DNA of 64,000 nucleotides from Candidatus Zambryskiibacteriota bacterium (GTDB lineage Bacteria; Patescibacteriota; Minisyncoccia; Phycocordibacterales; WO2-35-19), in contig JASNZL010000001.1 in assembly GCA_048499675.1 (NCBI GenBank), forward strand, positions 58,747 to 122,746. The letters run 5' to 3'. How positions within the stretch are numbered: position 1 is the stretch's first letter; every line of letters begins with the position of its first letter. Positions 39,164 through 48,372 of this stretch are shown here, piece by piece. The position numbers were made by a program, and so were the translations under genes. A model generated the notes under the pieces. It was not told the DNA's origin. It saw nothing but the letters and a program-made list of their open reading frames with translations, and did no database searches.

Positions 39164-39580
39164 CTACTGATTTTCGCCAGTAGAATTATACCAAACTTGA
39201 CTCCAGTCCTGACCATCTCCTCCTATTGAAGGAATTGGTACGCTCGTGTTACCTCCAGAACCCAGCAATTCAGTCTGCAAAAAAGCAACCAAACCCCAAA
39301 CCGAAGCCATAACGAAGAGAGCGACAACTCCCCAAACCATTATTTTCTTTCCTTCATCCTTTTCACTACCTGCTGACCTTATGTACTTTGCAACTCCCCA
39401 GAAGAAGAAGAGAAGGGCCAGTGTAAAGACAATAGGAATAATAATACGTGTAACAATTCGTCCTGCGTTTGTAAGAAGTATATTTGTTCCAGATAGAGTG
39501 CCTCCAGTCTGCGCAGTCTGCGCAAAAGAAATAATTGGAGTGAGTAAACCACTGATTATAATTGTTTTTATTTTTTTCAT
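39164..39580 (-). CDS. VirB2/TrbC-like T4SS-pilin-family protein, paralog 3.
   Basis: Signal ...ISFAQ. IIPIVFTLALLFFFWGVAKYIRSAGSEKDEGKKIMVWGVVALFVMASVWGLV. Divergent Gly/Ser-rich C-terminal tail. Confidence 0.55.
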   Translation of the reverse strand: MKKIKTIIISGLLTPIISFAQTAQTGGTLSGTNILLTNAGRIVTRIIIPIVFTLALLFFFWGVAKYIRSAGSEKDEGKKIMVWGVVALFVMASVWGLVAFLQTELLGSGGNTSVPIPSIGGDGQDWSQVWYNSTGENQ

Positions 39581-39661
39581 ATATTTTTTGTATAATAATT
39601 TAATTAGACTCTTATACTGTATTAATTACTTTTTTAATATTATATTTATATAATTTTCAAA

Positions 39662-40051
39662 TTAAGGATTAATTGTTGCCTCAACATACGGACCTACAAC
39701 ATTAGAATCTACGCTTGGCGTCAATTCTGTATCTACTTGCTGAATATCAAGTATGCCGAGCTCTGTTCTAATAAAGTATACTATACCCCATATTGAAGAA
39801 GCAATAAACAAAGCAAAAATACCCAAAATCATCACTCTTTTGCCTTCATCTTTTTCGCTTCCTGCTGACCTTATGTATTTTGCCACTCCCCAGAAGAAAT
39901 ACAGCAAGCACAAAGCAAAAGCTATTGGTATTAAAACTTGAACTATGACATTGTAACCAGCGTTTATGATATCTTGCGCTTTTGTATTTTGTGCATCTGC
40001 TAATATTGGAACCAAAAAAAGAAAAAAAGTTTTGATAAATATATTTTTCAT
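39662..40051 (-). CDS. VirB2/TrbC-like T4SS-pilin-family protein, paralog 4.
   Basis: Signal ...LADAQ. LIPIAFALCLLYFFWGVAKYIRSAGSEKDEGKRVMILGIFALFIASSIWGIV. Confidence 0.55.
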   Translation of the reverse strand: MKNIFIKTFFLFLVPILADAQNTKAQDIINAGYNVIVQVLIPIAFALCLLYFFWGVAKYIRSAGSEKDEGKRVMILGIFALFIASSIWGIVYFIRTELGILDIQQVDTELTPSVDSNVVGPYVEATINP

Positions 40052-40056
40052 ATAAA

Positions 40057-40341
40057 CTAAAATTTAATCTGAGGTATAACCACATCTGCACCAAAACCTA
40101 ACTCACTTTTTATAAAAGAAATTATACCCCAAATTGTAACTAGAATAAACATACCAACAACTCCCCAAATAAGTAAATTTTTACTGTCTTTTGTGTCTTT
40201 TTCACTTCCGGATGATTTAATATATCGAGCCACACCAATCAAAAAGACAAAAAAAGCCAAAGCGCCCATAAAGGGTATAAGTGTTGATACAATATTTATA
40301 AACATTGTTATTAACTCACTGATTGTCTTAGGACTAGTCAT
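40057..40341 (-). CDS. VirB2/TrbC-like T4SS-pilin-family protein, paralog 5 (shorter, no obvious cleavable signal).
   Basis: LIPFMGALAFFVFLIGVARYIKSSGSEKDTKDSKNLLIWGVVGMFILVTIWGII. Confidence 0.5.
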   Translation of the reverse strand: MTSPKTISELITMFINIVSTLIPFMGALAFFVFLIGVARYIKSSGSEKDTKDSKNLLIWGVVGMFILVTIWGIISFIKSELGFGADVVIPQIKF

Positions 40342-40365
40342 AAGGTTATGTTTTATATTTAAATA

Positions 40366-40785
40366 CTAACTCTTTAATTCATTTATTGTGCCTTGTATTA
40401 CTTCAGATATTACCCACGCACCAAGCAAAATTGCAGAGCCTATTAAAGCCCATTTTAGCGATTCTTTGGCTTTTGTAATCTGAGTTTCGTTGCCTCGAGC
40501 TGTAACAAACAAAAATCCTGAGAAAATAATCATAACTACTGCAACTACAGCACCTATTGGTATTAGTATTTCATCAACTATAGCTTTGACTAAATCAGGA
40601 ATAGTCTTCGTTTTAAAAGGATTGTCTATTTTTATGTTGTAAGACACTGGGTTTGTAGCAGGTCCATCTCCTCCAGTTGCAGTTTGATTTCCTCCTCCAG
40701 AAGCTTGTTGTGCCATCAATAAAGAAGGATAAAAAGCAATGAATAATATAACTAATAGACCAAAAAATTTATTAACTTTATTCAT
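40366..40785 (-). CDS. VirB2/TrbC-like T4SS-pilin-family protein, paralog 6 (more divergent).
   Basis: Signal ...LLMAQQ. Gly-rich linker. Two hydrophobic helices with a charged loop (TARGNETQITKAKESLKWALIGSAILL). Confidence 0.45.
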   Translation of the reverse strand: MNKVNKFFGLLVILFIAFYPSLLMAQQASGGGNQTATGGDGPATNPVSYNIKIDNPFKTKTIPDLVKAIVDEILIPIGAVVAVVMIIFSGFLFVTARGNETQITKAKESLKWALIGSAILLGAWVISEVIQGTINELKS

Positions 40786-40794
40786 GTAATTTTA

Positions 40795-41205
40795 TTAAAA
40801 ATTTATAGGCAAATAAACCGAGTTATTATTACCAATCAGGACATTTATTAATGTACTAACTATAAGCCACGCCGACAATATAAAAACGAAACCAATAAAA
40901 ACTTTAGCCAGCATTGATTTTGCCTCTGATTTTTTGTCCGCAATTCCACTTGTCATATAGACAAATCCTGCCCAAGCGATAACTCCTGTTGCTACCGGAA
41001 CAGAGACAACAAGCAACCATCCCAAAATATTCTTTATCAGTTGAAGCAAATCATTATAGCCACACTCTTTATTTGGCCCTCCACAATCAGGAACTAGCCT
41101 GTTTGGAGCTTCGTCTTGAGCAAATCCAAGCAAAGGAAACAGTGAGACCACAATTAGAACCAGAGCCATCAAGAAATATTTATTTTTTTGTAAAAACACC
41201 AACAT
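40795..41205 (-). CDS. VirB2/TrbC-like T4SS-pilin-family protein, paralog 7 (more divergent).
   Basis: Signal ...LGFAQ. Two hydrophobic helices with the loop TSGIADKKSEAKSMLAKVFIGFVF. Confidence 0.45.
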   Translation of the reverse strand: MLVFLQKNKYFLMALVLIVVSLFPLLGFAQDEAPNRLVPDCGGPNKECGYNDLLQLIKNILGWLLVVSVPVATGVIAWAGFVYMTSGIADKKSEAKSMLAKVFIGFVFILSAWLIVSTLINVLIGNNNSVYLPINF

Positions 41206-41207
41206 TT

Positions 41208-42488
41208 TTATTTTATTAAATTAGTCAAACCACTATTGGCTCTATTTATAGCTTCCATCATTCTAGATCTACCACTTGTTATAGATTCAATCATATCTCT
41301 AAAAACTATATTTGTCTCTGTGGGATTTGGGTCAAGCCAAGCTCTTGCGTTGATTGCACTATTGTAAAATATAATCTCGTAAGCATCAGTCTGTCTTTGG
41401 TTTAACAAATCCCTTCTAACTGGCGGCAATTTGATGGCTTTACTAAAAGCTAAACTATTTGTCCTGTCTGTGAGTATAGAAGCTACAGCAAAAGAAGCGT
41501 TTTTATTCCTAGATGCATTTGTAATTGCAAAACTGTTGAAGTTTGAGTAAACAAAACTCTCACCACCTTCCCTTGAAGTTGGCACAGGCGCTACATCAAA
41601 ATTAAGATTAGGATTTCTCACTTGTAAATTTGTTATCTCGCTTGCAAAACCAAAATACATTGCCAAATCACCCGACAAAAAATATGTTGTAGAGTTTGGA
41701 AGCGAACGATTCCAAGAATATGTCGCCCTAGAAGGATTGCTGAATTCTGTATAAAAATTCACCGCTGCTTCTGATGGAACTATTGGTTTGTTGTATAGGC
41801 TTGCAAATGTAACCCTTGGTCCAGTTTGTCCCCAATCTATAACCGAGGTACCGGCTTGCATAGCCAAATTTAACACTATCGCCTTCGCATTTGAAATATT
41901 TGCGTATTCACCAAAAGCAACTGTGCTTCTCAATATATTGAGTGAACCATCCTTGATAGAAATGAGTGGCGCCAGTCTATAAAATTCATCCCAATACTGT
42001 GGCGGTTTGGTCTCTAGCGACTGATTAAATATAGATCTGTTCCAATACATCACAAGCGGATCTACATAAAGAGGAATACCCAAAACACCTTCTGGAGACA
42101 TATAAATCTCCGCCCCTTGTATATATGAATCTCTAAACTGTCTCTGAGTAAATACATTGTATGGTATAGGGTAAACCTTGTTTCTGTGAGTGAGTATTTT
42201 GTCGCTTCGCAACATAAATAAATCTGGACCTACACCAGAAGCTAATGCTTCTACAAAATCCTTGTCAAAACTTTCTTCATTTTTTTGGACATATGTAACG
42301 TTATATTCTTTGCTTTGATACAAAGAAGTCTTTTGAAGAATATCCTCAAAAACCCCTTGAGGTATTGTCCCCCAAACAACAACATTAACTGCGTTTTCGG
42401 TACTGCCTCTATAAGTAGAAAAAACAGCTACACCAAATATTATAAAAAGTCCAAAAACTCCAGTAATAATCAGTTGAAATTTTGTCAT
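41208..42488 (-). CDS. Membrane-anchored extracellular solute-binding protein (ABC transporter SBP family 1-like).
   Basis: N-terminal TM anchor. VVVWGTIPQGVFEDIL...KYNVTYVQKNEESFDKDFVEALASGVGPDLFML resembles sugar-type SBPs. Confidence 0.45.
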   Translation of the reverse strand: MTKFQLIITGVFGLFIIFGVAVFSTYRGSTENAVNVVVWGTIPQGVFEDILQKTSLYQSKEYNVTYVQKNEESFDKDFVEALASGVGPDLFMLRSDKILTHRNKVYPIPYNVFTQRQFRDSYIQGAEIYMSPEGVLGIPLYVDPLVMYWNRSIFNQSLETKPPQYWDEFYRLAPLISIKDGSLNILRSTVAFGEYANISNAKAIVLNLAMQAGTSVIDWGQTGPRVTFASLYNKPIVPSEAAVNFYTEFSNPSRATYSWNRSLPNSTTYFLSGDLAMYFGFASEITNLQVRNPNLNFDVAPVPTSREGGESFVYSNFNSFAITNASRNKNASFAVASILTDRTNSLAFSKAIKLPPVRRDLLNQRQTDAYEIIFYNSAINARAWLDPNPTETNIVFRDMIESITSGRSRMMEAINRANSGLTNLIK

Positions 42489-42550
42489 TAGTTATAGTTT
42501 AACAAAAAATAATTTGTTAACACGCAAAAACTGTGAATGACACCTAGAGT

Positions 42551-45022
42551 CTAGAGACAAATGAAAGAGGCAATAGAATCTCCATCTCGGAGTTTCATTA
42601 TTCGCACTCCTTGAGTAGATCGGCCGAGCGATGGTATTTCAGATAATTCCAACCTTATGACCTGACTCTTTTTAGACATCGCCACCGCTTCATCTTCTGA
42701 TTCTGTAACAACAGAAGACGCAATTATCAAACCAGTTTTTGGTGTAACGTTGCTTGTTTTTATTCCAGAACCCCCCCTGTTTTGTATCTTGTATTCCCCT
42801 ATTGGAGTCTTCTTGCCATAACCGTTTGCACCCATAGTCAAAAGTGACGCTGATTTTTCATTTTCTTTTGGTACCGGATGAGCCCCTATTACCATATCCC
42901 CTTTTGCCAGTTTTATAACTCGGACCCCAGCAGCAGTACGCCCCATCTCCCTCACATCATTTTCTTTAAATCTTATAGATTGGCCTTTTGTTGTAACAAC
43001 AATACAAGAGTCCCCTTTTTTGACCTGAGAAACAGAAACTAGTTTATCTCCATCTCCTAATTTAATTGCTATTATTCCACTTGACCTTACATCACTAAAG
43101 CTAGAAGCCGAGACTTTTTTGCTTATACCTTCCTCTGTAACCATAAGCAAAGATAAGTCTTTGTCATTCTTGGCATCTTTCTTAACAGGCAATATAGAAG
43201 TAACCCTTTCCCCTTCAGAGAGCGAAATAAAATTCATAATTGATTTTCCTCGTGTTGCTCTCTTACCTTCTGGAAGTTCGTACATTTTTATTTTGTATGC
43301 CTTACCTCTATCGGTAAAGAAGAGTAAATCAGAGTGAGTACTTGAAGTCAAAAAGTTTGTGACAAAATCTTCTTCTTTTGTATTTAAATCAACAACACCA
43401 ACTCCACCTCTCTTTTGTTTTCTATATTCATCTGGATGTGTTCTCTTGATGTAGCCACCCTGAGTCAAGACGATAGTGTTTTCTTCATCAGCTATAATAT
43501 CTTCTACCGACAAAACCTTGACTCCACCTTTAACAACTTTTGTGCGTCTTTCGTCCCCGTATTTCTCGCCTATTTCAGAAAGTTCTTTTTTGATTATTGT
43601 CAAAATTTTCTTTGGGTTGGCAAGGATGCTTTGCAATTCTTTTATGAGCTCTTGTACTGCTTTGAGCTCATCCTCTATTTTCTTTCTTTCAAGACCAGCA
43701 AGCTTCTGCAATCTCATTTCCAAGATAGCGTTCGCTTGAATTTCGGAAAACTTAAATTCCTTCATCAAATTTGCTCTGGCTGTATCAACATCTTTACTCT
43801 TTTTTATAAGAGCAATGATTTTGTCTATATGATCAAGTGCTTTTTTGAGACCTAAAAGTATATGTTCTCTCGCTTCCGCTTCTTTCAAATCAAATTCTGT
43901 TCTTCTTCTGATAACTATTTGTCTGTGTTTTATAAACTCCTCTAATATGGTTTTTAGTGAAAGTGTCTGAGGGACCCCATCTACAAGAGCAACTAAGTTG
44001 AGGTGAAAAGTGTCTTCTAATTGAGTATGTTTGTATAGATAATTTAAAACTTTCTGTGGTTGACTTCCATTTTTTAAATCAATAACAACCCTAATATCTT
44101 TTGTTGATTCATCTCTTATACCTTTGATACCATCAACCTTTTTATCTCTAACCAATTCTGCTATTTTGATTATCAAATCTGCTTTGTTAACTCTATAAGG
44201 AATCGATGAAATTATAATTTGTGAATTACTTTTTTCTTCTACTATTTCTGCTACCCCTCTTGTCACAATTCCACCTCGGCCTGTAGCATAAGCATGATGA
44301 ATATCTTTGGCATTAAAAATCACTCCACCCAAAGGAAAATCAGGGCCTTGTATAAATTGCAAAAGGTCTTCTGTTGTTGCTTCTTTGTTATCTATCAAAT
44401 ACGCTGTAGCGTCGATTACCTCTCTTATGTTGTGTGGCGGAATATTTGTCGCCATACCAACAGCAATTCCAAGGGTGCCATTGAGTAACACTTGCGGGAC
44501 AGCAGAAGGCAAGACAGTTGGTTCTTTTTTGGTTGCATCGTAGTTTGGCTTCCACTCGACAGTATCTTTGTGTATATCACGAAGCATTTCGCCTGCGATT
44601 TTACTCATCTTAGCTTCTGTATAACGCATAGCAGCTGCTCCGTCACCATCCACAGAACCAAAGTTTCCCTGCCCGATTACAAGCGGATATCTATATCCAA
44701 AATCTTGAGCCATCTTAACCATCGCTTCATAAGCAGACGTGTCACCGTGCGGGTGGTAATTTCCCAAAACCTCTCCAACTACCGCTGCAGATTTTCTTGT
44801 TTTTGCTCCGGATGACAGACCCATAGAATGCATAGCATAGAGAATTCTTCTGTGTACCGGTTTCAAACCATCCCGCACGTCAGGCAAAGCACGATCGGTA
44901 ATAACTGACATTGCATAATCAATAAAAGATGACTTCATCTCACCCACAATGGATTGTGATATTACGTTTACGTGAGCTACCACATCTTCTTCATTTTCGT
45001 TTTTGTTTTGTTTTTTAGGCAT
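42551..45022 (-). CDS. gyrA: DNA gyrase subunit A.
   Basis: [14 protein letters not shown], active-site Tyr region [12 protein letters not shown]-terminal beta-pinwheel repeats. 823 aa. Confidence 0.9.
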   Translation of the reverse strand: MPKKQNKNENEEDVVAHVNVISQSIVGEMKSSFIDYAMSVITDRALPDVRDGLKPVHRRILYAMHSMGLSSGAKTRKSAAVVGEVLGNYHPHGDTSAYEAMVKMAQDFGYRYPLVIGQGNFGSVDGDGAAAMRYTEAKMSKIAGEMLRDIHKDTVEWKPNYDATKKEPTVLPSAVPQVLLNGTLGIAVGMATNIPPHNIREVIDATAYLIDNKEATTEDLLQFIQGPDFPLGGVIFNAKDIHHAYATGRGGIVTRGVAEIVEEKSNSQIIISSIPYRVNKADLIIKIAELVRDKKVDGIKGIRDESTKDIRVVIDLKNGSQPQKVLNYLYKHTQLEDTFHLNLVALVDGVPQTLSLKTILEEFIKHRQIVIRRRTEFDLKEAEAREHILLGLKKALDHIDKIIALIKKSKDVDTARANLMKEFKFSEIQANAILEMRLQKLAGLERKKIEDELKAVQELIKELQSILANPKKILTIIKKELSEIGEKYGDERRTKVVKGGVKVLSVEDIIADEENTIVLTQGGYIKRTHPDEYRKQKRGGVGVVDLNTKEEDFVTNFLTSSTHSDLLFFTDRGKAYKIKMYELPEGKRATRGKSIMNFISLSEGERVTSILPVKKDAKNDKDLSLLMVTEEGISKKVSASSFSDVRSSGIIAIKLGDGDKLVSVSQVKKGDSCIVVTTKGQSIRFKENDVREMGRTAAGVRVIKLAKGDMVIGAHPVPKENEKSASLLTMGANGYGKKTPIGEYKIQNRGGSGIKTSNVTPKTGLIIASSVVTESEDEAVAMSKKSQVIRLELSEIPSLGRSTQGVRIMKLRDGDSIASFICL

Positions 45023-45129
45023 CTTTTATTTTGTTACTCCTTATTATAGCAAAATCCAGACTTATTTTCAACCAAAAAACCCATAAAAGGGCTTGGTTTT
45101 ATCATCAATTTAGGTAATTTATTGATACT

Positions 45130-45480
45130 TTATTTTCTCTCATAAACCTCAATTCCAGTAAAAAAAGGTACAAATACTGCTGAAACAGAATTTTTAAAAT
45201 TTGTATATTGTTTGCTTAATTCCTCAAAAGCAACCCCGAGAGTTTTTTTGGAATTTTCCAAGGGTGACGGCACACTGCCAACAGAAGCGGTATTTGAAGC
45301 TCTTTGTAGCTCGACTGTATTTGCGATATTTGATTCGTTTCCGCCAAAACTTATGAATCCTTTATAAAAACCAAAGCTAACAAAAATAAAAAGTGAGAGG
45401 GTGATAGTTAGACCAATCGCCCACCTGTTCCTGTACTCTTCAGGTTGTTGCATTATTTGATTATATTTTTTGACCAACAT
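45130..45480 (-). CDS. Hypothetical membrane-anchored protein.
   Basis: 116 aa with a single N-terminal TM helix. No recognisable motif. Confidence 0.2.
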   Translation of the reverse strand: MLVKKYNQIMQQPEEYRNRWAIGLTITLSLFIFVSFGFYKGFISFGGNESNIANTVELQRASNTASVGSVPSPLENSKKTLGVAFEELSKQYTNFKNSVSAVFVPFFTGIEVYERK

Positions 45481-45489
45481 TTTTTTGGA

Positions 45490-46113
45490 TTATTGTTTTT
45501 GTAAAATTACAATTTCTCCTTTTTTACCTTCCAAATCTTTCTTTTTGATTGTTAGTTTATCGATAGGTTTAACGTCTTCGCTTCCCCCTTCTTTCAAAAA
45601 TGTTTTGAGTGAAGAGTCTGTATAATTCATAGGTATAATTATAGAAGGTTCCAAGGAAACAGCAAACTTATAAGCTTCGTGCGCATCCAAAACACCATCT
45701 CCATTTATTGGTACAAAAAGTATATCAACCCCATCAATTGCTTCTACTGCCTCACTTGGAATTTTAGAACTGCTAATCGCGCCCATAAAACAAATGTTGA
45801 TATTTTCTAGATTTACTGAATAGATTGTGTTTATTTTATCCTCGCCACCATAATTTGAAACCGAAGAAAGTCCTTTTACAAAGACTCCACCAATTTCGTA
45901 TTCTCCGGGGCCATCTATCACGAACGCCTCCTTGTCTCCTCTACTTGCCTGATCTCTACCGTTCATATCTGGATGGTTTAAGGAAATAAGAGCAATATCT
46001 GCACCATAACTTCCTGCTTTGTGTTTGCTTTGTTTTGAAATAGGATCAAATGCGAGAACCGTGTCCCCAAACTGCACCTTAAAAGATTGTACTCCTTGAT
46101 GTGTGATTATCAT
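45490..46113 (-). CDS. Metallo-beta-lactamase-fold hydrolase (UPF0173-like).
   Basis: MIITHQGVQSFKVQFGDTVLAFDPI...DIALISLNHPD resembles the MBL-fold beta-strand/His motif region. Confidence 0.4.
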   Translation of the reverse strand: MIITHQGVQSFKVQFGDTVLAFDPISKQSKHKAGSYGADIALISLNHPDMNGRDQASRGDKEAFVIDGPGEYEIGGVFVKGLSSVSNYGGEDKINTIYSVNLENINICFMGAISSSKIPSEAVEAIDGVDILFVPINGDGVLDAHEAYKFAVSLEPSIIIPMNYTDSSLKTFLKEGGSEDVKPIDKLTIKKKDLEGKKGEIVILQKQ

Positions 46114-46154
46114 ATTCCTATTATAGCAAAAAATGACTTAAAAGAAAGAGTTCA

Positions 46155-46766
46155 TTACTTGAGATTTTTTATGATTTTAATGAGTTCGGGAAATTTTTCT
46201 ATCATAAAATGTCCGTTTTTGTTTTCATATATTATGATATTTGCCTTCTTTAGTTTCTTTCCGTATTTTTCTGCGTGGGATATTGGGACGACTGGGTCGT
46301 CTTTTGAAAACATTAGGTATACATTTTTGGAAGAGTTGTCTAATTTGCTCAAATCTTTTCCTAAACGAAAACCGCCAACCAAATCTTCTCCTCCGGTTGT
46401 ATTATCAAAAGGCGGACATATGAGAAAAACTGCTTTAATTTTTTTAGTAAACTTATTCTCTGAAAGATATCTCGCAAGAAATATTCCACCAAGAGAAACA
46501 CCTATTAAAATTATGTTGTTTTTGAGTAGAGGAAAATATCTTTCAAAAAATATCTTCCACTCTTCATATTTTGCATCTTCTTTTAGAGGCATTTTGGGAC
46601 GAATTATGTCAAAATCTTTACCTAAATTTTTATCAAGATAATCTGTAGCCCAACTCGTCTTTTTATCCAGAGATACTTTTTTGTTTTTTAGATAATTTAT
46701 AAAATCTTTTTTTGATTTAAAAGTCGTGCCCCCGTGGATTATAAATATTTGGCTTTTTGTTTTCAT
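46155..46766 (-). CDS. Alpha/beta-hydrolase-fold protein (serine hydrolase/esterase-like).
   Basis: IFIIHGGTTFKSKKD...NIILIGVSLGGIFLARYL contains a GxSxG nucleophile elbow. 203 aa. Confidence 0.45.
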   Translation of the reverse strand: MKTKSQIFIIHGGTTFKSKKDFINYLKNKKVSLDKKTSWATDYLDKNLGKDFDIIRPKMPLKEDAKYEEWKIFFERYFPLLKNNIILIGVSLGGIFLARYLSENKFTKKIKAVFLICPPFDNTTGGEDLVGGFRLGKDLSKLDNSSKNVYLMFSKDDPVVPISHAEKYGKKLKKANIIIYENKNGHFMIEKFPELIKIIKNLK

Positions 46767-46815
46767 ACTTTAATTTTTTTATAATGTGAATTGCCCCTCA
46801 CTTTGTTCTAGACTC

Positions 46816-47026
46816 TCGCAAAATATATTCGCTTTGCTCATTATTTTGCGGAGGGTAGAGGATTTGGTCACGCATAATTTTTTTCAAAAATTTGCTCGAC
46901 CCCGACTCCCCTTCGCAAGCTCAGGGTCCGTCTTTCAAATCCCAAAAAGTACTATCCGAAGTACTTTTTGCCCCTCTCGCAAAATATATTCGCTTTGCTC
47001 ATTATTTTGCGGAGGGTAGAGGATTT
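46816..47026. repeat. ~50-bp direct repeat pair flanking a ~110-bp unit downstream of tRNA-Ser. One copy includes the tRNA-Ser 3' end.
   Basis: ctcgcaaaatatattcgctttgctcattattttgcggagggtagaggattt occurs at 46816..46866 and 46976..47026. The intervening sequence contains the conserved GAAAGACGG...GAGTCGGGGTCGAG motif on the minus strand. Confidence 0.75.
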
Positions 47027-47094
47027 GAACCTCTGAGGGATTGCTCCCAACCGCGTTTCGAGTGCGGCGCATTAGACCTCTCTGCCAACCCTCC
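47010..47094 (-). tRNA. tRNA-Ser (anticodon CGA) with a long variable arm.
   Basis: Reverse complement reads GGAGGGTTGGCAGAGAGGTCTAATGCGCCGCACTCGAAACGCGGTTGGGAGCAATCCCTCAGAGGTTCAAATCCTCTACCCTCCG. Anticodon loop CTCGAAA. Confidence 0.75.
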
Positions 47095-47225
47095 TTCTGA
47101 CCTCCTTTAATCTAACACTTTTTGCATTTTTATCAAAAAATGTTATGATTTGATTTCAGTTTTATTTTTGATTTTATTTGAAAATTAAAAATTTAAAATT
47201 GAAAATTATGATGCTTTGCATCATC

Positions 47226-47297
47226 TGGCCCCATCGTCTAACGGTTAGGACGGAAGCTTTTCAAGCTTTAAATCGGAGTTCGATTCTCCGTGGGGTC
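47226..47297 (+). tRNA. tRNA-Glu (anticodon TTC).
   Basis: GGCCCCATCGTCTAACGGTTAGGACGGAAGCTTTTCAAGCTTTAAATCGGAGTTCGATTCTCCGTGGGGTCA. Anticodon loop TTTTCAA. Confidence 0.8.
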
Positions 47298-47740
47298 ACA
47301 GGTACTTAAGATCCGATGCGAATGCATCGGGTTTTTAGTACCTGTAGGGTTCCATACGGGGAATCGAAAGACGGGGGCGCGAAGCCGATTGCAAAGCAAT
47401 CGTTGCCGAGTCGGGGTCGAGAAAAATTTGCACTAGCAAATTTATTCGTGACCGATTCTCCGTGGGGTCACAGGTACTTAAGATCCGATGCGAATGCATC
47501 GGGTTTTTAGTACCTGTGGGGTTCCATACGGGGAATCGAAAGACGGAGGCGCGAAGCCGATTGCAAAGCAATCGTTGCCGAGTCGGGTGAGAATTGGGTA
47601 GGGACCCAATTTGCAAGACTCATTGAGATATTTTATGAGTTGAAACGAAATACAATATCCAATGAGTGGACAGATTCTGTAAGAATCGCACAAAATTTCT
47701 GTAAGGAATTTATTCGTGACCGATTCTCCGTGGGGTCACA
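47298..47740. repeat. Two tandem units (173 bp and 270 bp) downstream of tRNA-Glu. Each is terminator hairpin, conserved GC-rich motif, then an 18-nt copy of the tRNA-Glu 3' end.
   Basis: cgattctccgtggggtca recurs at 47280-47297, ~47453-47470 and ~47723-47740. Each unit starts caggtacttaagatccgatgcgaatgcatcgggttttt (terminator) and contains gaaagacgg(g/a)ggcgcgaagccgattgcaaagcaatcgttgccgagtcggg. Confidence 0.8.
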
Positions 47741-47768
47741 GATTTTTCAATCAACCAAAAGGGCAGGT

Positions 47769-48026
47769 TTAGGACCTGCCCGAGTCGGTTAGCGGGTTTT
47801 TCTCAACCACAAACCGAATCTTGAATTTCTTTTTGAGTTCGGGAACATTTAGAATCATGTCCCTTTTCGGAAGTCTTGGTGCCTCACTTGTAAAACCGAT
47901 GATAATTTTACCATCAAGTTTTGCACCGTGAATTTTAGCTTTGGGAGAGAACTTGTCCCAAAAGGCATCGAGTGCAATCCTTTTGGTATTTGCAAATCTT
48001 TGAATATTTCTGACCCGCATAACCAA
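47769..48026 (-). CDS. Hypothetical small protein.
   Basis: 85-aa ORF with no recognisable motif. Followed by the hairpin gggcaggtttaggacctgccc. Confidence 0.2.
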   Translation of the reverse strand: MVMRVRNIQRFANTKRIALDAFWDKFSPKAKIHGAKLDGKIIIGFTSEAPRLPKRDMILNVPELKKKFKIRFVVEKNPLTDSGRS

Positions 48027-48372
48027 CCTCCTTTCCTAATATAAGCATACTCCTTTGTATAAAAACTAAATCTATCTTTTTTTCATTTTTGTATTATAAT
48101 TTTAAAGATAATTATTTTTTCTTTTTATCAAAATCGCTGTCGTTTTATTAGTAGTTTATTGTTTTTGTCTCGATACATCGAGACATTTGGAGTCAATTTT
48201 GTAATAAAAAATGTTAGAAATTCTTAATATTTGTAAGAAGGCAAAACTTATTATATTGTGAATAAATGATTATATTAGGAATAGAAACGAGTTGTGACCC
48301 CGCAAAATTCGCTACTACTCATCGCGGGGCGAGAGGAGTGATTAGTTTTACTTATAATTCTTTATTCAATTT

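Noticed and set aside
47298-47740. Possible CRISPR array, since short repeats recur at regular spacing after tRNA-Glu (and similarly at 34744-35099).
   Set aside because: The repeated units are 170-270 bp, there are only 2-3 copies, they are derived from the tRNA 3' end plus its terminator, and no cas genes are present. This does not fit CRISPR repeat/spacer architecture.
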